64,000 bases of DNA from Candidatus Lustribacter sp. (GTDB taxonomy: Bacteria; Vulcanimicrobiota; Vulcanimicrobiia; Vulcanimicrobiales; Vulcanimicrobiaceae), in contig OZ255842.1 of assembly GCA_965277805.1 (NCBI GenBank), positions 288,001 to 352,000 of the forward strand. Reading direction: 5' to 3'. A program made the position numbers and the translations under genes. Shown piece by piece: positions 18,521 through 28,741 of the stretch. The notes under the pieces are model-generated. The model was given only the letters and a program-made list of their open reading frames with translations. It searched no databases and was not told where the DNA came from. Position 1 is the first letter of the stretch. Every line of letters begins with the position of its first letter.

Positions 18521-19711
18521 ATGAAAGCATCGGCGGCAGCATTGCTCCTCGCTCTCGTGCTCGCGGGTTCGAGCGTTCCGGGCGGGGCGCAGTCGGGAAC
18601 GTATACGATTCCGGTCGTGCTCTCGCAGACCGGCCCCGGGGCCTCGCCCGGCGGCGATGAAATGGCCGCGATTCAGGCGTACGAAAGGCTCGCCAATCGT
18701 ACCGGCGGCATTCACGGCATGCAGGTGCACTTCCAGATTTACGACGATGCCTCGAGCCCGCAAACAGCGGTGCAATTGACGAACACGATCCTGCCGCAGA
18801 AGCCGGCCGTGATGCTCGGTTCGACGCTCGCACCGTCGACCGCCGCGATGATGCCGTTCTTCAAAGACGGTCCGGTGCTCTACGCGCTGACCCCGCTGAT
18901 CTTTCCGGAGAAGGGCAGCTACGTGTTCGCGACGCTGCCGCTGGTCGTGCACGTCGAGTCGGTGATGTTTCACTACATGCGCGCCCGCGGCTGGACGAAG
19001 GTCGCGATCCTGCGCACGAACGATGCGTCGGGCCAAGACAACGCGAAGGCGATCGACGGTGCGCTGGCCGAGCCGGAGAACCGCGCGATCAACCTGACGA
19101 CGCAGCAGCTCTTCAACGGGCAGGACATCAACATCGCGGCGCAAGTCAGCGCGATCAAGTATAGCGGCGCCCAGGCGTTGTTCGTGTCGGCGACCGGCGC
19201 ACCGTTCGGCACGGTGCTCCGTAGCCTCGCCGACGCCGGCGTCGATCTTCCGCTGTTTACCGGCGCCACCAACATCGCGCCCGACTTCATCGCGCGCTTC
19301 AAACAGTACGTGCCGAAGTCGGGCCTCTGGATCGTGTTCCCGAGTTACGCCAAGCGCGACCGCGGGCCCAAGGATCCGCTGCGCGCAACGATCGACGAGT
19401 TCTACACCTCGCTCGAAGCGGCCGGGCTGCATCCCGGCGCGGCGCACGCGTTCGGCTGGGACGAAGCGAAGATCGTCGTCGCTGCGTTGCGCGCGTTACC
19501 GCCGAACGCGCCGGCGCAAGCGATCCGCGATTGGATCGAGGCGCTGCACGATTTCCCGGGCGCGCTCGGGATGTACAACTTCCGCCTCGGCGACCAGCAC
19601 GGCCTCGACGACAAGTCGCTCTACATCGTCCGCTACGACGCGAACGCGGCAGGCGGCGGCGACACGACGGTCGTGAGCGACGCGGGCGGCACGCCGCTAG
19701 CCCAGAAGTAA
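18521..19711 (+). CDS. ABC branched-chain amino acid-type (LivJ-like) substrate-binding protein
   Basis: Signal peptide; GGIHG..V.FQIYDDASSP, G.YNF motifs. Confidence 0.85.
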   Translation: MKASAAALLLALVLAGSSVPGGAQSGTYTIPVVLSQTGPGASPGGDEMAAIQAYERLANRTGGIHGMQVHFQIYDDASSPQTAVQLTNTILPQKPAVMLGSTLAPSTAAMMPFFKDGPVLYALTPLIFPEKGSYVFATLPLVVHVESVMFHYMRARGWTKVAILRTNDASGQDNAKAIDGALAEPENRAINLTTQQLFNGQDINIAAQVSAIKYSGAQALFVSATGAPFGTVLRSLADAGVDLPLFTGATNIAPDFIARFKQYVPKSGLWIVFPSYAKRDRGPKDPLRATIDEFYTSLEAAGLHPGAAHAFGWDEAKIVVAALRALPPNAPAQAIRDWIEALHDFPGALGMYNFRLGDQHGLDDKSLYIVRYDANAAGGGDTTVVSDAGGTPLAQK

Positions 19712-19721
19712 GGAGCGTAAT

Positions 19722-20438
19722 ATGGAAGTCACTGCCCGCCTCGATGCCGAGGTCGACGATTTCGCCCGGCGCTGCCGGTTTCTCAACACGCCGGTGACGC
19801 CCGAGCGCGCGCAAATGTTCGTGCGTCAGCACCGTCTCAATACGCGCCAGCGCAACAGCGTGCACAAGCTCGCGGTCGCGACGAACTGTCCGCATTGGGA
19901 GATCCGCATGCGGATCATCGGCGCTTCGGCGCAGGAGCTGATCGCCGACAACGAGTTCGGCGAGGGCAAACCGCACTGGGAGATCATCGAAGATCTTGGC
20001 GTCGCGATCGGGATGGACCGCGACGCGATTCGCGCCACGCCGCCGCTGCCGAGCACGCAGCTCTGCTGGCTGGCGTGGGAGACGCTCACCAAGAACCGTC
20101 ACTGGCTCGAGGGTTTGGTGGCGAACACCTGCTCCGAACGCATCAACGTGCCGGGTTACGGCAACGGGCGTCAGCGCGAGGTGGGCTGGTCGGGCGCGCA
20201 GCGCGACGAGTGGCGCAAGCTGTTCGGTTTGAACGACACGCAGCTTGCGTTTTGGAGCGTGCATAGCGAGGCCGACATCGATCACTCGAACTTGGGTTGG
20301 CAAACCGTCGCGAAGTACGCCGAAGAGCTAAACATGGCCGACGCGGTCGTCGAAGCGTGCCGCATCAACCTGATCGTGTGGGAAAACTACTTCAACGGTA
20401 TCCACGATGCGTCCGAAGCCGTTGCGAAGGCTGCCTAA
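19722..20438 (+). CDS. Heme-oxygenase-like diiron (CADD/PqqC-like) redox enzyme
   Basis: TNCP...QE...PHW, CSE, FWSVHSEADIDH give the E-H-E-H-D-H ligand set; RBS AAGGAG. Confidence 0.8.
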   Translation: MEVTARLDAEVDDFARRCRFLNTPVTPERAQMFVRQHRLNTRQRNSVHKLAVATNCPHWEIRMRIIGASAQELIADNEFGEGKPHWEIIEDLGVAIGMDRDAIRATPPLPSTQLCWLAWETLTKNRHWLEGLVANTCSERINVPGYGNGRQREVGWSGAQRDEWRKLFGLNDTQLAFWSVHSEADIDHSNLGWQTVAKYAEELNMADAVVEACRINLIVWENYFNGIHDASEAVAKAA

Positions 20439-20625
20439 TGTCATGCCGAGCGGAGCGCCGTAGGGCGCGTAGACGAGGTACGCGCCACCATCATGCTTGA
20501 TGGTCAGGGCAACTCCACTCAGCGTTGCTTTACACCGCTCGTCCGCCCTTCGGCGTCCGTACTCGGCGACAACGATTATCGCGGTCCCTCGACGACGCGC
20601 CTCCAGCGCTTCGCTCGGGATGACA
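20439..20625. repeat. REP/REPIN-like inverted-repeat element, copy 1
   Basis: TGTCATGCCGAGCGGAGCGCC...GCGCTTCGCTCGGGATGACA; left arm near-identical to the element at 31793. Confidence 0.8.
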
Positions 20626-20631
20626 GAGGCT

Positions 20632-22392
20632 TCAGTTGCCTCCTCCGCGGCGCTCGGCGCGCAGCTTCGCCGTGGCAGCGTCGTCGACGTCGTTCGTCTT
20701 CGCATCCAACACTACGCCGTAGACGGTGAGGGCATCGTCGCGCGAGATGTACTCCTCGATGACGTCCATGCGCACGAGCGCGGGATCGCGGTCGAGCGCG
20801 TTGCCCCAGCCGCCGCCGCCGGCGGTCATGATCGTCACGCTGCTGCCGGGCGCGAGCAGTTTGCGGAACGGATCTTCGCGGTGGAAATCGGCGTCGCCGG
20901 CCGCTTTGATGTAGGCCTCGCCGACCTTACCGGAGCCGCCGCCGTGAATGCCCCACGGCGGAAATTGCGTGCGGCCCTGTTGGCTCGACGACCAGCGGCC
21001 TTCGGCTAAACTCTCGATCGTGGTCGTGATGCCGAGCCCGCCGCGGAACGCACCGGCGCCGCCTGAGCCCTCGCGCAGCGAACGTTCGCGCACGATCACC
21101 GGCGTCTTCAGCTCGATCGTTTCGACCGGCGCGTTGCGCACGTCGCCTTGACACACCGAGACCGATGCCGATTCGCCGTCTTCCCACGGCCGCGCGCCCC
21201 AGCCGCCGCCTTCGATCGTCTGCAGCACGAAGTTACGGTTCTTCGCCGCATCGCGGCCGAAGAACGCGAGCGCGCCGCCGAGCGTGCCCATCGTTGCGGC
21301 CGGAATGCGATCGGGCATCGCGTCGGCGAGCGACGTGAGGATCGTGTCGACAACCGTCGGCAGCATGCGGCTCCACGACGACATCGGCGCCGGGAACACT
21401 GCCATCATTAGGTTGCCTTCTTGAATCTCAACCTTCAGCGCGCGGAACGAGCCTTCGTTCACCGGTTCGAGCGCGCCGGTGAGGCCCTTGTAGGCGATGT
21501 AGGCGCCGGCCAGCGTGCGCCCGTTGATGGCGCCGCGCGTCTGCATCGAGCCTTTGGTGAAGTCGATCGTGAGATCGCTGCCCTTCACGACGACGTCGAC
21601 GACGATCGGCACGCGCTTGCCGGTCTCCACGCCGTCGTCGTCGAGGAACGATTCGGCATGGTAGGTGCCGTCGGGGATCTGCTCGACGATCAAGCGGCAC
21701 TTGCGTTCGGCATCGTCGAAGATGCGTTCGATCGCGATGCCGATCGTCTCGGCGCCGTAGCGGCTGTAGAGTTCCTCGAGCCGGCGTTCGGCCAGCGTGC
21801 ACGCGGCCATCTGCGAGCGCAAGTCGCCCATCGACGATTCCGGAAAGCGGATGTTGTCGGAGATCATCCGCAGCATTTTCTCGTCGGGCTTGCCGGCTTC
21901 GTAGATCTTGATCTGATCGAACTGCAGGCCTTCTTGCCAGGGATCGATGATCGAGGTGCCGGCCCCGAAGCCGGTGCTGTTGCCCCCGACGTCGACCCAG
22001 TGCGCGCGCACGATCGTGAACGCCGTCAGCTTGTTCTCGAAGAAGAACGGCGTGAGGATGCAGACGTTGTTGAGATGCTGCCCGGCGACGCGCTGGTGGT
22101 TCGTGATGATTACATCGCCCGGCGCGAAACCATCGACGCCGTAGCGTTTCACGCAATCCTTGATCACGACGCCGAGATCGGCGACGAAGTGCGATACCCC
22201 GCCGATGTTCTGCGCGAGCAAGCGCCCTTCGACGTCGAGCACGGCGCAGCAGTAGTCGCGGACTTCGTAGATCATCATGTTGTACGAGGTGCGCTGGAGG
22301 TCGACCGACATCTCGTCGGCGATCGCCGGCAGCGCGCTGCGCAGGACTTCGAGGGTGACCGGGTCGAGCCGGGTCTTTTCGGTGACGGTCAT
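20632..22392 (-). CDS. Hydantoinase B/5-oxoprolinase family subunit
   Basis: DPVTLEV, QHLNN, HWVDVGG, GGGWGARP..DG, SGGAGAFRGG. Confidence 0.92.
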   Translation of the reverse strand: MTVTEKTRLDPVTLEVLRSALPAIADEMSVDLQRTSYNMMIYEVRDYCCAVLDVEGRLLAQNIGGVSHFVADLGVVIKDCVKRYGVDGFAPGDVIITNHQRVAGQHLNNVCILTPFFFENKLTAFTIVRAHWVDVGGNSTGFGAGTSIIDPWQEGLQFDQIKIYEAGKPDEKMLRMISDNIRFPESSMGDLRSQMAACTLAERRLEELYSRYGAETIGIAIERIFDDAERKCRLIVEQIPDGTYHAESFLDDDGVETGKRVPIVVDVVVKGSDLTIDFTKGSMQTRGAINGRTLAGAYIAYKGLTGALEPVNEGSFRALKVEIQEGNLMMAVFPAPMSSWSRMLPTVVDTILTSLADAMPDRIPAATMGTLGGALAFFGRDAAKNRNFVLQTIEGGGWGARPWEDGESASVSVCQGDVRNAPVETIELKTPVIVRERSLREGSGGAGAFRGGLGITTTIESLAEGRWSSSQQGRTQFPPWGIHGGGSGKVGEAYIKAAGDADFHREDPFRKLLAPGSSVTIMTAGGGGWGNALDRDPALVRMDVIEEYISRDDALTVYGVVLDAKTNDVDDAATAKLRAERRGGGN

Positions 22393-24443
22393 TGTGCTGC
22401 TCCGATCGTGACGATCATTTCGCCGCTGGGAGCGACGCGCATCTCATCGCCCGGGAAGAGAACGGTCGTCGACGCGTATTCCTGGATGACGGCCGGGCCG
22501 CTCACCTTCGCGCCCGGTCCGAGCCGCTCGCGGTCGTAGATCGCGCAGTCGATGCCCTCGAGCGAATCGTCGAAGATCACCTTGCGGTGCGCGATCAGCG
22601 CGTCCGTCGTAGCCGCCGGCAATTCGGGGAAACGCGAGCGTTCGCGTTTGCCGGTTGCGGTCAGGCGCACGTTGACGAGCTCCACTGCCTCGGTCGGCGC
22701 GTGGTGACCGAAGCGGCGATCGTGGATCTCATCGAACGCGCCCCGAATGGCGGTCATGTCGCCGCTCGCGATCGCCGCTTCGGGGATCGGCGTCTGAATC
22801 GGGAATTCCTGACCCACGTAGCGGATGTCGAGAAAGCGCTGGAATGCGATCGCTTCCGGTGCGGTGCCTTCGTTGAGCAGCAGTTCGCGCGCTTCGTCGA
22901 TCATGAACGTGAAGATCTTGCGCAGCTCATCGAAGTCGGTATCGGCCAGCGACTTGTAGTACGTGCGCACGTAGTCGTGGCGCAGATCCGACATCAGCAT
23001 GCCGAGCGCGGAGAAGTGCCCCGGCACGCGCGGGATGATCAGCGTAGGTACGTGCAGCTCGCGCGCGATTTGTGCTGAGTGCAGCGGACCCGCGCCGCCG
23101 AAGCCGACCATGGCGAAATCGCGCGGATCGTACCCGCGCTCGACCGATACGCCGCGCACGGCCAGCGACATCTCGGCGACCGCGATCTTGATGATCCCGA
23201 GGGCCGCGGCTTCGATCGAAAGATCGAGCGGTTCCGCGATCGTAGTGCGGATCGCTTCGCGCGCGCCCTCGACGTCTAGCGGCATCTCGCCGCCGAGAAA
23301 CCGGCTCGGACTGAGGCGTCCGAGAATGACGTTGGCATCGGTGACGGTCGGCGCGGTGCCGCCCTGTCCGTAGCACACGGGTCCGGGATGACCGCCTGCG
23401 CTGCGCGGGCCGACCTTGAGCGCGCCGACTTCGTCGATCCACGCGATGCTGCCGCCGCCCGTTCCGACTTCGATGATGTCGACGACCGGCAGCATGACCG
23501 GATGACCGCTCGCGAGGCCGCCGATGTAGTAGCCTTGCGCGATCGACGGTTCGCTGTTCTGCACGAGGCTGACTTTGGCGGTGGTGCCGCCCATGTCGAA
23601 GGCAAGCACGTTCTTGTAGCCGAGGTTGCCGCTGACTTCCGCCGCCGCGATGATGCCGCCGACCGGTCCCGACTCCATCATGTTGACCGGCACGCGTTTG
23701 GCCGTTTCCGGCGTCATCGTGCCGCCGTTGGACTGCATGATCAAGAGCCGGCCGTTGAAGCCGAACTCGCCGAGCAAGTTTTCCAGATCGCCGAGGTAGC
23801 GCTTCACGCGCGGCCCGACGTAGGCGTTGAGCACGGTCGTCGAGGTGCGCTCGTACTCGCGGTATTCGCGCAGGATCTCGTGCGAGAGCGAGCGGTAGAG
23901 CCCCGGCGCTTCGCGCGCGATGATCGCACCGACTTCCGCTTCGTGATCGGGGTTGGCCCACGAGTGCAAAAACACGACCGCGACCGACTCGATGTCGTCG
24001 GTGTTGAGCTGCTTTGCGACGCCGGTTGCGTTCTCGCGGTCGAGCACCGTGATCACTTCGCCGTCGGCGTTGAGGCGTTCGACGATCTCGAGCGTGTGGT
24101 GGCGCGGGACGTAGGGCACCGGCCGTTTGAAGAAGATGTTGTAGGCTTCTGGGCGGCTGCCGCGGCCGATCTTGTAGACGTCACGCATGCCTTCGGTTAC
24201 GACCAGCGCGGTTTTCGCGCCGGTGCGTTCGATCGCGGTATTGATCGCGACGGTCGAACCGTGAATGAACGTTTCAGCCGTTGCTAGGGGCAAACCGCTC
24301 TTCGCCAGCGTCTCACGAATGCCGACGGCGAGGTCGTACGGGGTCGTGGAGCTTTTGGCTTGATGGACCTCACCGGTGGCGAGATCGAACGCAACCAAGT
24401 CGGTGAACGTGCCGCCGATATCGAGCGCGAGAACGAGTGACAA
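22389..24443 (-). CDS. Hydantoinase A/5-oxoprolinase family subunit
   Basis: DIGGTFTD, EYERTSTT, SGPVGG, DMGGTT, PTVTDAN; TTG start after AGGAGA. Confidence 0.93.
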   Translation of the reverse strand: MSLVLALDIGGTFTDLVAFDLATGEVHQAKSSTTPYDLAVGIRETLAKSGLPLATAETFIHGSTVAINTAIERTGAKTALVVTEGMRDVYKIGRGSRPEAYNIFFKRPVPYVPRHHTLEIVERLNADGEVITVLDRENATGVAKQLNTDDIESVAVVFLHSWANPDHEAEVGAIIAREAPGLYRSLSHEILREYREYERTSTTVLNAYVGPRVKRYLGDLENLLGEFGFNGRLLIMQSNGGTMTPETAKRVPVNMMESGPVGGIIAAAEVSGNLGYKNVLAFDMGGTTAKVSLVQNSEPSIAQGYYIGGLASGHPVMLPVVDIIEVGTGGGSIAWIDEVGALKVGPRSAGGHPGPVCYGQGGTAPTVTDANVILGRLSPSRFLGGEMPLDVEGAREAIRTTIAEPLDLSIEAAALGIIKIAVAEMSLAVRGVSVERGYDPRDFAMVGFGGAGPLHSAQIARELHVPTLIIPRVPGHFSALGMLMSDLRHDYVRTYYKSLADTDFDELRKIFTFMIDEARELLLNEGTAPEAIAFQRFLDIRYVGQEFPIQTPIPEAAIASGDMTAIRGAFDEIHDRRFGHHAPTEAVELVNVRLTATGKRERSRFPELPAATTDALIAHRKVIFDDSLEGIDCAIYDRERLGPGAKVSGPAVIQEYASTTVLFPGDEMRVAPSGEMIVTIGAAQ

Positions 24444-24451
24444 AGAATCTC

Positions 24452-25510
24452 CTAGAACGTCGGGGCGACGATGAACGCGCCGGGTTTGCCGGCGCCGGAA
24501 GCGACGGCGGGCGCGCCGAGCAGGATCGGGGTGCCGTCGACGACCGTGACCGCTTGCACGGTGACGATGCCGCCGGCCGGGATGGCGAGCGCGTGCGGCA
24601 CGGCGGAGCCGGCCATCGCCTCGAGCGGCTGGGCCGCGCGCGCGCCTTCGATCAGATACGAATCCATTGCGACGAACTTGTTGAGGATCGGCAAATCGGC
24701 GACGGCGGCGGCGAACTGCTCCGTCGCTTTGACGACGAGGCCCGAGGTGTCGTTGCGCACGACGGTGCGAACCATGCGTACCCACGTTCCCTTATATGCG
24801 ACCGTCGCGCGCACCGCGAACTCATCCGCGAGGTCGGCGCCGCCCTCGAGCCGCATTAGACGGCGATCCTTGCGCGCGTTGACGGCGATGGCAACGTACG
24901 ACTCTTCGGCGCCAAGCCGGCGCGCTTCGAGATCGACTGCCGCGACGACCGCCGTGGCGTCGGTGGCCTCGGCATCGAACGCGGCCAGCGCGTCGTGGGC
25001 GAAGCCGGCGGCGATCCGCGCGAGGGCGCCACTCGCCGCATCACCGGCGGCGCGCGCCGTAACGAACGCGTCGGTCGCGTCGACGAGCTTCGCCCCGACC
25101 GTCTTCAGCGCGATACCGACGGCGGCCGGAACTTGATCGAGTTCGACCACGCCGATCGTGGCGCCCGACGGCAGCGCGTCCTTGAGTACGCGCGCGGTTT
25201 CGGTGCCGATCTTGGGCGAGAACAGCAAGTTCTCGCTGTAGGTCGTCGATTGAATCCACGGTTTGCCGCGCGGCGATACGGCGGAAACCATCGAGAGCGG
25301 GCCCTCCTTCGGCACGACCAGCGCGCACTCGGACCAGTACGGAATGAACGAGCAAAGCCACGAGACGGCCGAGGGCCGGGTAAAGTTCGTGTAGGCGACG
25401 AGCGTATCGATGTTGGAGGCGGCCATGGCCGTGCGCATCGCGGCGATGCGCGAATCAAAAACGCTTTCGGGAAGTTCGGTCTTCGACCACTCGATCAATC
25501 CGCGGCGCAT
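24452..25510 (-). CDS. Degenerate creatinase/M24 peptidase-like protein
   Basis: Creatinase_N-type start (EFDSRI-like...V.WLCSFIPYWSE); C-terminal fold lacks metal ligands; TGATG coupling. Confidence 0.7.
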   Translation of the reverse strand: MRRGLIEWSKTELPESVFDSRIAAMRTAMAASNIDTLVAYTNFTRPSAVSWLCSFIPYWSECALVVPKEGPLSMVSAVSPRGKPWIQSTTYSENLLFSPKIGTETARVLKDALPSGATIGVVELDQVPAAVGIALKTVGAKLVDATDAFVTARAAGDAASGALARIAAGFAHDALAAFDAEATDATAVVAAVDLEARRLGAEESYVAIAVNARKDRRLMRLEGGADLADEFAVRATVAYKGTWVRMVRTVVRNDTSGLVVKATEQFAAAVADLPILNKFVAMDSYLIEGARAAQPLEAMAGSAVPHALAIPAGGIVTVQAVTVVDGTPILLGAPAVASGAGKPGAFIVAPTF

Positions 25511-26616
25511 CAGGCAGCTCCGTCGAAGAGCACGCGCGGCGTGGTCGTGAAGACCTCGCAGCCCGTTTCGGTGACCGTGACCGAATCGCCCAGCATCATG
25601 TAGCCGACGTTCGGGTTGTAGGTGTTGGGATGCACGACGAACGTCATGCCGGGCCGCAGCTCGATCTGCACGTCCTCGAGAATGTGCGGTTTCGAATCGG
25701 CAAAGAGCCCGAGCCCGTGTCCGCGCACGCGCGTGTAGGCGCTCGTGACGTATTCGCCCATATCGTATTTGCGGAACACGTCGTTCTCGGCTTTCGCCAC
25801 GTCGGAGGCGCGCGCGCCGGGCTTTACCGCGGCGATGCCGGCCTCGAGCGCTTCGATATAGATGTCGTAGGCGCGCTTTTGCGCGTCGGAGGCCTTGCCC
25901 ACGACCAGCGTGCGGCAGATCTGCGCGTAATAGCCTTCGATCGACGGCGTCAATTCGGTGATGACGTTGTCGCCCTTCGCGAGCTTGCGGTTCGACGGCG
26001 GCGTGACGCTGTAAATGTCGGTGCCGCCGGAGCCGATCAGCATGAAGTTGTCGGCGACGCCGCGGCTGCGCAGCCACGACTCGGTTTCGGCCACGACTTC
26101 GAACTGCTTGCGGCCCTCTTGCGCCGCCTGGCGAAAGATGACGTAGGCTTCATCGGCGGTTTGCGCCGCTTTGCGCACGCGGTCGACTTCGGCCGGCGTC
26201 TTGTGCATCAGGCACAGATCGACCATCGGCGTGCCGTCTTCGATCGTGCCGGGCGCGTTTTCGATGAGCGAGAACGGCACGAATCCGAGCGGCGCTGCGG
26301 CCATGCGCACCTTGCCGCGTGCCTTGAGGTCGGCGGCGACGTCGCGGCCGATCTGCTGGCTGAAGCGAACTTCGATGCCGCTGGTCTCGGCCGTCGCGCG
26401 ATCGATTTCACTCGCGCTGTCGAGATAGAGGCGGCACGTGCCGTCTTGCGTGAGCACGGCCATGCCGTGGCCTTCGAGGATCGGGAAATCGCTGACGTAC
26501 ATCAGGTAGTCGCCCTGCCAGGCGTTGCCGTAGGCGACCAGCACCTCGATGCTGTTGGCGGTCATCGCCGCGGCGAGTTTGGTGCGGCGTTCTTTGCCGA
26601 GCGTTGTCGTTTTCAA
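25510..26616 (-). CDS. M24 (Xaa-Pro peptidase/creatinase) family hydrolase with a variant metal site
   Basis: KTPAE, GYYAQICRT, GHGLGL, LRPGMTFVVHP. Confidence 0.85.
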   Translation of the reverse strand: MKTTTLGKERRTKLAAAMTANSIEVLVAYGNAWQGDYLMYVSDFPILEGHGMAVLTQDGTCRLYLDSASEIDRATAETSGIEVRFSQQIGRDVAADLKARGKVRMAAAPLGFVPFSLIENAPGTIEDGTPMVDLCLMHKTPAEVDRVRKAAQTADEAYVIFRQAAQEGRKQFEVVAETESWLRSRGVADNFMLIGSGGTDIYSVTPPSNRKLAKGDNVITELTPSIEGYYAQICRTLVVGKASDAQKRAYDIYIEALEAGIAAVKPGARASDVAKAENDVFRKYDMGEYVTSAYTRVRGHGLGLFADSKPHILEDVQIELRPGMTFVVHPNTYNPNVGYMMLGDSVTVTETGCEVFTTTPRVLFDGAA

Positions 26617-26617
26617 A

Positions 26618-27598
26618 TCAGACCTTTACCGGCACAAAGCGGGTGGTATACATATTTTTCGGGTCGAGCGGTTGATCGTACATGCCGAGATCCGCGACCG
26701 ACTTGCGCACTTCGTCGAGCGCGGCTTGCGTGAACGCGCCGTCGCTCGACATCATGGTCATATCGGCCGCGTACGACTTGTCGACGACGGCCGGGTCGAC
26801 TTCCAGCACGCGCGCCACCGTCTTGATCGCGGCTTCTTTGTTCTTGCGCATGTAGGCGACGGTGGTGAACCAGCCTTTAAGGAAGCGTTGCAGCACTTGC
26901 GGCCGCTGCGCGACGACGTTGTCGTGCGCGAAGATCACGTGCGTGTCGAAGTTCTTGACGATATCGCCGAACAGCGTGAGGATCGTGCCCTTACCGACGC
27001 GTTCGATTTCGTAGGCTTCGGTGAGGTCGTGCACGGACGCCGCGATCTGGCCCGTGCCGAGCGCGCTGATGCGCGTCTCCATCGCGCCGAGCGGCAAGAT
27101 CGTGACGCCCTCGGGTCCCCAGCCTTGACCGGCCGAGATCTGGCGCGCGAGCCAGTCGGTCAGCGAGCCGGCCGTCGTGACGCCGACGCTCTTGCCTTTG
27201 AGCGCCGCGATCGTTTTGATCGGGCTGCCCTTGGCGACGACGAGCGCCATATCGAGCGGGCGCCCGGCCATCACCGCCACGGCGATCGAGGGAACGCCCT
27301 TCGAGCGGTACGCCATCGACGGCCCCGAGCCGAGCCCGATGTCGATGGTGCCGGCGGTCATGCCTTGCTGCACTTGGGCGTCGCCCTTGAAGGCGATGCT
27401 GTTGATGTCGAGGTTGAGCGACTTCCAGATCCCGGCGTCCATACCGACTTCGAGCGCGGCGAACGGGAACGACGAGAACACCGCCTTACCCACGTTCAAC
27501 TTATCGGGCGCACCCTGGGCGAATGCCGGGCGAGCGGCCGCCAGCACCAGCGCTGCGCTTCCGGCCAATACCTCGCGGCGCGAGAAGACATCAGTCAT
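26618..27598 (-). CDS. ABC substrate-binding protein, NitT/TauT family, Tat signal
   Basis: SRREVL twin-arginine signal; LKGKSVGVTTAGS. Confidence 0.88.
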   Translation of the reverse strand: MTDVFSRREVLAGSAALVLAAARPAFAQGAPDKLNVGKAVFSSFPFAALEVGMDAGIWKSLNLDINSIAFKGDAQVQQGMTAGTIDIGLGSGPSMAYRSKGVPSIAVAVMAGRPLDMALVVAKGSPIKTIAALKGKSVGVTTAGSLTDWLARQISAGQGWGPEGVTILPLGAMETRISALGTGQIAASVHDLTEAYEIERVGKGTILTLFGDIVKNFDTHVIFAHDNVVAQRPQVLQRFLKGWFTTVAYMRKNKEAAIKTVARVLEVDPAVVDKSYAADMTMMSSDGAFTQAALDEVRKSVADLGMYDQPLDPKNMYTTRFVPVKV

Positions 27599-27623
27599 TG
27601 AAACTCGGCTCCTTACAACATCG

Positions 27624-27640
27624 ATTTACTATTAGTAAAT
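27624..27640. promoter_or_regulatory. AT-rich palindromic operator between divergent operons
   Basis: ATTTACTA-T-TAGTAAAT. Confidence 0.6.
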
Positions 27641-27718
27641 GAGGTTTATCAGTGCGGCGTGGGGAAGATGGTTTCCGACGACTTTCTGCCCGCTCCTGTC
27701 ATCGTAAGGAGGCCCCGC

Positions 27719-28741
27719 ATGCGCATCATCGACTCTCATTTTCACTGGTGGCCGCGTTCCGTTTGGGACGCGTTGTGCAAGCGCAAGGGCTACCCGCGCG
27801 CGGAGGCCGACGGCAAAGGCGGTTACCGCTATTTTCCGACGCCGGGCAAAGAGAATTCATCGCTCGGCCCGTGGCCCGCGTGGTTCGATCTCGACGAGCA
27901 GTTCGAACACATGGACAACCTTGGCCACTACATCGAAGCGTTCGGCTCGATCGGACCGTTCTCGGTGCACTTCTCGTACCTGCCGAAAACGGAAGGTAAA
28001 GAAGCCGCAATTCATTGGAACGAAGAGATGGCCGGCGCGATGAAGTCGCATCCGGGCCGCTTCTGGGCCAGCGCCGCGGTGCCGTTCGTCGACACCGCGA
28101 CCGCGCTCGAAGTGCTCGAAGATGCCGTCGGGCGTCTCGGTTTGATGGGCGTGAACTTGCCCGGTAGCGTCGGCGCCGATCCGCGTATCGATGCCGAACG
28201 GCTCGAACCGTTTTACGATCGCGTCGAACAACTCGGCCTGCCGCTGTTTTTGCACCCGACCGACGCGGTGTTCGCCGACATGCTCTCCGACGGTTACGGC
28301 GGCGCGCTGCACCTGAGCCTCGGCCGCGTGGTCGAAGTCAGCGTCGCGGCAATGCGCCTCGTGTTCTCGGGCGTGATGGAACGTCATCCGAACCTCAAGC
28401 TCGTGATGTCGCATACCGGCGGCGCGCTGCCGTATCAGGCCGGGCGCATGGACAAAAACGGCAAGAAGGCCAATCTGCCGCACCAGCCCAGCGAGTACAT
28501 CAAGCGCTTCTACACCGACACCGTCACGCCGCACTCGCTCGGCATGCGCTACGCCGTCGAGTTCTTCGGCGCCGATCACGTGATGTACGGCACCGACTAC
28601 CCCTGCTGGAGCCCGGCCGACGCGCTGCGCTTCTTCGCGGAGTGCGGTTTCTCGGAAGAAGTGCAGGCGAAGATCTTTGCCGGTAACGCGGAACGGATCT
28701 TGGGCATCCCGGCCCGTACTCCCGAACTCGTCCTGTCCTAA
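27719..28741 (+). CDS. Amidohydrolase_2 family (ACMSD-like decarboxylase/hydratase)
   Basis: IDSHFH, FLHP, SHTGG, YGTDYP, NAERIL; RBS AAGGAGG. Confidence 0.9.
   Translation: MRIIDSHFHWWPRSVWDALCKRKGYPRAEADGKGGYRYFPTPGKENSSLGPWPAWFDLDEQFEHMDNLGHYIEAFGSIGPFSVHFSYLPKTEGKEAAIHWNEEMAGAMKSHPGRFWASAAVPFVDTATALEVLEDAVGRLGLMGVNLPGSVGADPRIDAERLEPFYDRVEQLGLPLFLHPTDAVFADMLSDGYGGALHLSLGRVVEVSVAAMRLVFSGVMERHPNLKLVMSHTGGALPYQAGRMDKNGKKANLPHQPSEYIKRFYTDTVTPHSLGMRYAVEFFGADHVMYGTDYPCWSPADALRFFAECGFSEEVQAKIFAGNAERILGIPARTPELVLS

Noticed and set aside
20328-20729. Small ORFs crossing the REP element
   Set aside because: They are translations of the repeat with no RBS or motif.
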